DNA of 49,792 nucleotides from Deltaproteobacteria bacterium (GTDB lineage Bacteria; Myxococcota_A; Polyangia; DRWM01; JAAZOP01): NCBI GenBank assembly GCA_016930215.1, contig JAFGHH010000387.1, positions 1 to 49,792 of the forward strand, read 5' to 3'. Shown piece by piece: positions 46,513 to 49,792 of this stretch (position 1 is its first letter; each line of letters starts with the position of its first letter). The notes under the pieces were generated by a model. It saw only the letters and a program-made list of their open reading frames with translations, ran no database searches and was not told where the DNA came from. The position numbers and the translations under genes were made by a program.

Positions 46513-47661
46513 TCACCGGCACAGCCGTTCGATCAGGTCCGCGTACAGCATCGCGGCGGCGTCCAGCGCGTCGGCCGCCAGGAACTCGTCCGCCCGGTGG
46601 GCCTGGGCGATGTCGCCCGGCCCCAACACGATCGTCTCCATTCCGGCGGCGGCGAACCACGGCGCCTCGGTGCCGTAGGGCGCCGTCGTCGCCGGCCGCC
46701 CGGACAGTTCCTCGGCCGCCCGGACCAGCGCGGCCTCCGGCGGCGTGGCCAGCGCCGCCGTGCCGGGATACAGCGAGCGCAGCTCGAAGCGCAGGCCCGT
46801 CCCGGCGACCGCCCGCGCGACCCGCGCGCACAGCTCGACCCGCAACGCCTCCTGGTCCATCCCGGGGAGCGAGCGGAGGTCGAACTGCAGCTCGCAGCGG
46901 GCGCAGACGCGGTTCGGCCGGTCGCCGCCCCGCAGCACGCCCGGGTTGAGCGTCGGGACCGGCACGGCGAACGCCTCGTCGCGGTGGTCGCGCTGCAGCT
47001 CGTCGCGCCAGCCGAGCAGGGCGTCGAGCACGCGGGCCATCCCTTCGACGGCACTGACGCCGCCCGCCGGATCGCTCGAGTGGGCCGCGCGGCCGTGGAG
47101 CACGATGCGCTCCATCAGCACCCCTTTGTGCGCCCGCACGGGAACGAGCCCGGTCGGCTCGCCGACCACGGCCCAGCGTGCCGGAGGAAGGCCGCCGGCG
47201 ACCAGCGCGCGGATCCCCTCCATGGCGCACTCCTCGTCGGCCGTCGCCACCAGGTGCAGCGGCGCGCGCAGTCCGGAGGGCGCGACGCGGGCGGCCGCGC
47301 AGAGCGCCGCGGCGAAGAAGCCCTTCATGTCGCAGGTCCCAAGGCCGTACAGTCGGTCGTCCTCCTCGGCCAGTCGCAGCGGGTCGCGCGACCAGGCACC
47401 CGCCTCGGCCGCGACGGTGTCGGTGTGGCCGGCGAGCACCAGGCCACCGTCGCCGCCGCCGAAGGTCGCGACGAGGTTGGCGCGCGGCGCGGGCCCCGGC
47501 AGCTCGTCGAGCCGTACCGTGGCCCCGAGCTCGACCGCCCAGCCGGCGAGCCGGTCGATGACGGCCCGGTTGCCCTCGTCCAACTCGGGCTCGAAGGAAC
47601 TGGCGGACGGGAGCGCCACCAGTTCCGCCAGCATCGCCCGCGGCGACGGCAGGCCGGTCAC
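46513..47661 (-). CDS. argE: Acetylornithine deacetylase (M20 family)
   Basis: GTGA overlap with the thiD stop; LAGHTDTV, LYGLGTCDMKGF, ADEE, VGEPT, AHKG, HSSDP, GTEAP and GPGDIAQAH. Confidence 0.9.
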   Translation of the reverse strand: MTGLPSPRAMLAELVALPSASSFEPELDEGNRAVIDRLAGWAVELGATVRLDELPGPAPRANLVATFGGGDGGLVLAGHTDTVAAEAGAWSRDPLRLAEEDDRLYGLGTCDMKGFFAAALCAAARVAPSGLRAPLHLVATADEECAMEGIRALVAGGLPPARWAVVGEPTGLVPVRAHKGVLMERIVLHGRAAHSSDPAGGVSAVEGMARVLDALLGWRDELQRDHRDEAFAVPVPTLNPGVLRGGDRPNRVCARCELQFDLRSLPGMDQEALRVELCARVARAVAGTGLRFELRSLYPGTAALATPPEAALVRAAEELSGRPATTAPYGTEAPWFAAAGMETIVLGPGDIAQAHRADEFLAADALDAAAMLYADLIERLCR

Positions 47662-48470
47662 GTGCCGTCCCCGTCGAACGGCCGCACGGTGTGGCCGTGG
47701 TCGAGCGGTCCGTGGCCGCGGCCGTAGCCGGGCGCCGACCGGAGCGCCTGGAGCACGTACGAGCGGGCGCGGGCCACGGCGTGCTCGAGCGCGAGCCCCT
47801 GGGCCAGACCGACGGCAATCGCCGAGGCGAGCGTGCAGCCGGTGCCGTGGGTGTGGCGGGTCTCCAGGCGCGGGGACGAGAACGAGCGCACGCCGTCGCG
47901 GGTCACGAGCAGGTCGACCACGTCGGAGCCGTCGGCGTGGCCCCCCTTGAGCAGGACGGCGCGCGGGCCCAGGTCGAGCAGCGCGCGGGCGGCGGCGAGC
48001 CGCGCCGCCGGGTCGCCGACCGGCCGGCCGGTCAGCGCCTCGGCCTCGGGCAGGTTCGGCGTGACCACCATCGCGCGCGGGACCAGCCGCTCGCGCAGCG
48101 TGCGCGCCGCGGCCGGCTCCAGCAGCGCGTGGCCGCCCTTGGCCGCCATCACCGGGTCGACCACCAACGGCACGTCCGGCGCGAGCCGGGCCAGCACCTC
48201 GACCACCGCGTCGATCACCTCGGCCGTGGCGAGCATTCCGGTCTTGATCGCATCGGCGCCGAGGTCGTCGAGCACCAGCTCGAGCTGGTACGCGACGAAT
48301 CCGGGCGGGACCGCGTGGATCCCGAACACCCCCTCCGTGTTCTGCGCCGTCACCGCGGTCACGGCGGTGGCGGCGTACCCGCCAAGGGCGGTGACGGTCT
48401 TGACGTCGGCCTGCAGGCCCGCACCACCCCCCGAATCGGAGCCGGCGACGATCAGCACACGTCCGTTCAT
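47658..48470 (-). CDS. thiD: Hydroxymethylpyrimidine/phosphomethylpyrimidine kinase
   Basis: AGSDSGGGAGLQAD, TAQNT, KTGML, VVDPVM, TPNLPEA, LKGGH and HTHGTGCTLASAIA. Confidence 0.95.
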   Translation of the reverse strand: MNGRVLIVAGSDSGGGAGLQADVKTVTALGGYAATAVTAVTAQNTEGVFGIHAVPPGFVAYQLELVLDDLGADAIKTGMLATAEVIDAVVEVLARLAPDVPLVVDPVMAAKGGHALLEPAAARTLRERLVPRAMVVTPNLPEAEALTGRPVGDPAARLAAARALLDLGPRAVLLKGGHADGSDVVDLLVTRDGVRSFSSPRLETRHTHGTGCTLASAIAVGLAQGLALEHAVARARSYVLQALRSAPGYGRGHGPLDHGHTVRPFDGDGT

Positions 48471-48609
48471 CGTGCCTCCCGGGCCCGTCGCGGCGCGGCC
48501 CGAGGCGAGTGTAGCAGGGAGTCGAGGGAGTCGAGCGAGTCGGACGGGAGGGCGATCCCGATCGGATGTCTTGTGCCCGCCGCACCGCCGGTCCAAGATC
48601 GAAGCCGCC

Positions 48610-49710
48610 ATGCCCTGCACCCCGTTCGCGCTCGAACGCTGGTTCGCCCGCCACGAGTTCTCCACGCGGTGGACGTTGTCCAGCTCCGATTGCGACGGGC
48701 TGTCGCAGGCCGAGCTGCTGGCCGGCGCCGACGCCGAGCTGCGGGCGCTGTGGGACGGGCTGCGCCTCGGCTACACCGAGTCCGCCGGGCACCCGCTGCT
48801 GCGGGCCGAGGTCGCCGCGACCTACGCCGGCGTGGCGCCGGACGAGGTGCAGGCGTTCGTGCCCGAGGAAGGGATCTACGCCGCGATGCGCTGCCTGCTG
48901 GAGCCGGGTGACCGCGTGGTCTGCACGGTGCCGGCGTACCAGTCGCTGTACCAGGTGGCGGCGGATCTGGGCTGCGAGGTCGTGCCCTGGAAGCCGCGGG
49001 AGGCCGGCGGCTGGCGGTTCGACCCCGACGACCTGGCGGCGTTGCTGCGCCCGGCCACACGCCTGGTCGTGGTGAACTTCCCGCACAACCCGACCGGAGC
49101 GCTGGCCACCCGCGGGGAGCTGGAGCGGATCGTGGAGCTGGTGCGGGCGCGCGGCGCCTGGCTGTTCTCGGACGAGATGTACCGCGGGCTCGAGCGCGAC
49201 GCGGCGGAGCGGCTGCCGTCCGCGGTCGAGCGGTACGAGCGGGCGGTCGTGCTGTCCGGCGTGTCGAAGACGTTGGGGCTGGCCGGGCTGCGGGTCGGCT
49301 GGCTGGTGGCGCGGGACGCGGAGCTGCGCGCCCGACTGGCCGCGTTCAAGGACTACCTGACGATCTGCGGCAGCGCGCCGAGCGAGATCCTGGCGTTGAT
49401 CGGGCTGCGCGGGCGGGAAGCGATCCTGGCGCGGCACCGCGAGCGGATCGCGCGCAACCTGGCGCGGCTCGAGGCGTTCGTCGCCGGGCGGCCCGCAACC
49501 CTGGCACTGTCCCCGCCACGGGCCGGTCCGGTCTGCTTCCCCCGGCTGACGACGAGGGAGGGTGCGACGGCGCTGGCCGAACGGGCGGCGGCCGCGGGCC
49601 TGCTGCTCGTGCCGTCGTCGGTCTTCGACTGGGGCGACGCGCACCTGCGGTTCGGACTGGGCCGCGAGAGCTTCGGCGAAGCGCTCGAGCGGTTCGGCGC
49701 GTTGCTCTAG
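48610..49710 (+). CDS. PLP-dependent aminotransferase class I/II
   Basis: F.LERWF, LSSSDC, LGYTESAG, PAYQSL, NFPHNPTG, FSDEMYRGL, and SKTLGLAGLRVGW (PLP lysine). Confidence 0.9.
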   Translation: MPCTPFALERWFARHEFSTRWTLSSSDCDGLSQAELLAGADAELRALWDGLRLGYTESAGHPLLRAEVAATYAGVAPDEVQAFVPEEGIYAAMRCLLEPGDRVVCTVPAYQSLYQVAADLGCEVVPWKPREAGGWRFDPDDLAALLRPATRLVVVNFPHNPTGALATRGELERIVELVRARGAWLFSDEMYRGLERDAAERLPSAVERYERAVVLSGVSKTLGLAGLRVGWLVARDAELRARLAAFKDYLTICGSAPSEILALIGLRGREAILARHRERIARNLARLEAFVAGRPATLALSPPRAGPVCFPRLTTREGATALAERAAAAGLLLVPSSVFDWGDAHLRFGLGRESFGEALERFGALL

Positions 49711-49792
49711 GATCCGGGCGGCGGAGCGGCCGCGTCCTCCGGCACGTCCAGGCTCGGCGGGGTCACGGTCGGGGCCTCCTCCGCCGGCTCCG
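49707..49792 (-). CDS. Probable 3' end of a gene entering from beyond the window
   Basis: Open minus-strand frame ...PAEEAPTVTPPSLDVPEDAAAPPPGS* whose TAG shares the CTAG at the aminotransferase stop. Confidence 0.3.
   Translation of the reverse strand, partial: EPAEEAPTVTPPSLDVPEDAAAPPPGS

Noticed and set aside
48471-48609. TPP riboswitch upstream of thiD
   Set aside because: I could not find the conserved CUGAGA and ACCUGA-type elements on the minus strand, and the leader appears too short.

Overview
Very GC-rich chromosomal segment, most likely from a Myxococcota/Deltaproteobacteria-type organism (a MYXO-CTERM sorting tail, many Cys-rich lipoproteins, a TSP3-OmpA protein, a CdnL/CarD-like regulator). 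About 39 real CDS are present; most of the long ORFs in the supplied track are GC-driven shadow frames. Housekeeping and envelope genes (priA 3' end, DnaJ-like, cdsA, two Omp85 proteins, DUF4390 plus NtrY-like kinase, ccmA/ccmB, suhB-like, L,D-transpeptidase, rsmB, rseP, argE, thiD, an aminotransferase) are interleaved with surface enzymes and adhesins (heparinase II/III-like, PL9-like lyase, papain-like protease, a disintegrin-repeat MYXO-CTERM protein). The standout is a compact five-gene operon at 18698-21626 that reads as a stand-alone type III secretion translocon module: small protein, Bsp22/EspA/SseB-like tip or filament protein, TPR chaperone, then SctE-like and SctB-like translocators. 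That order matches Salmonella SPI-2 sseA-sseB-sscA-sseC-sseD, and no injectisome genes are in the window. Non-coding highlights are two parS-like palindromes (3863, 3955), a 223-bp CTAG-bounded MITE-like element (36787-37009) and a perfect 14-bp-stem terminator after carD. All assignments come from motif recognition by eye; no searches were run, and start codons were adjusted using RBS and overlap logic.
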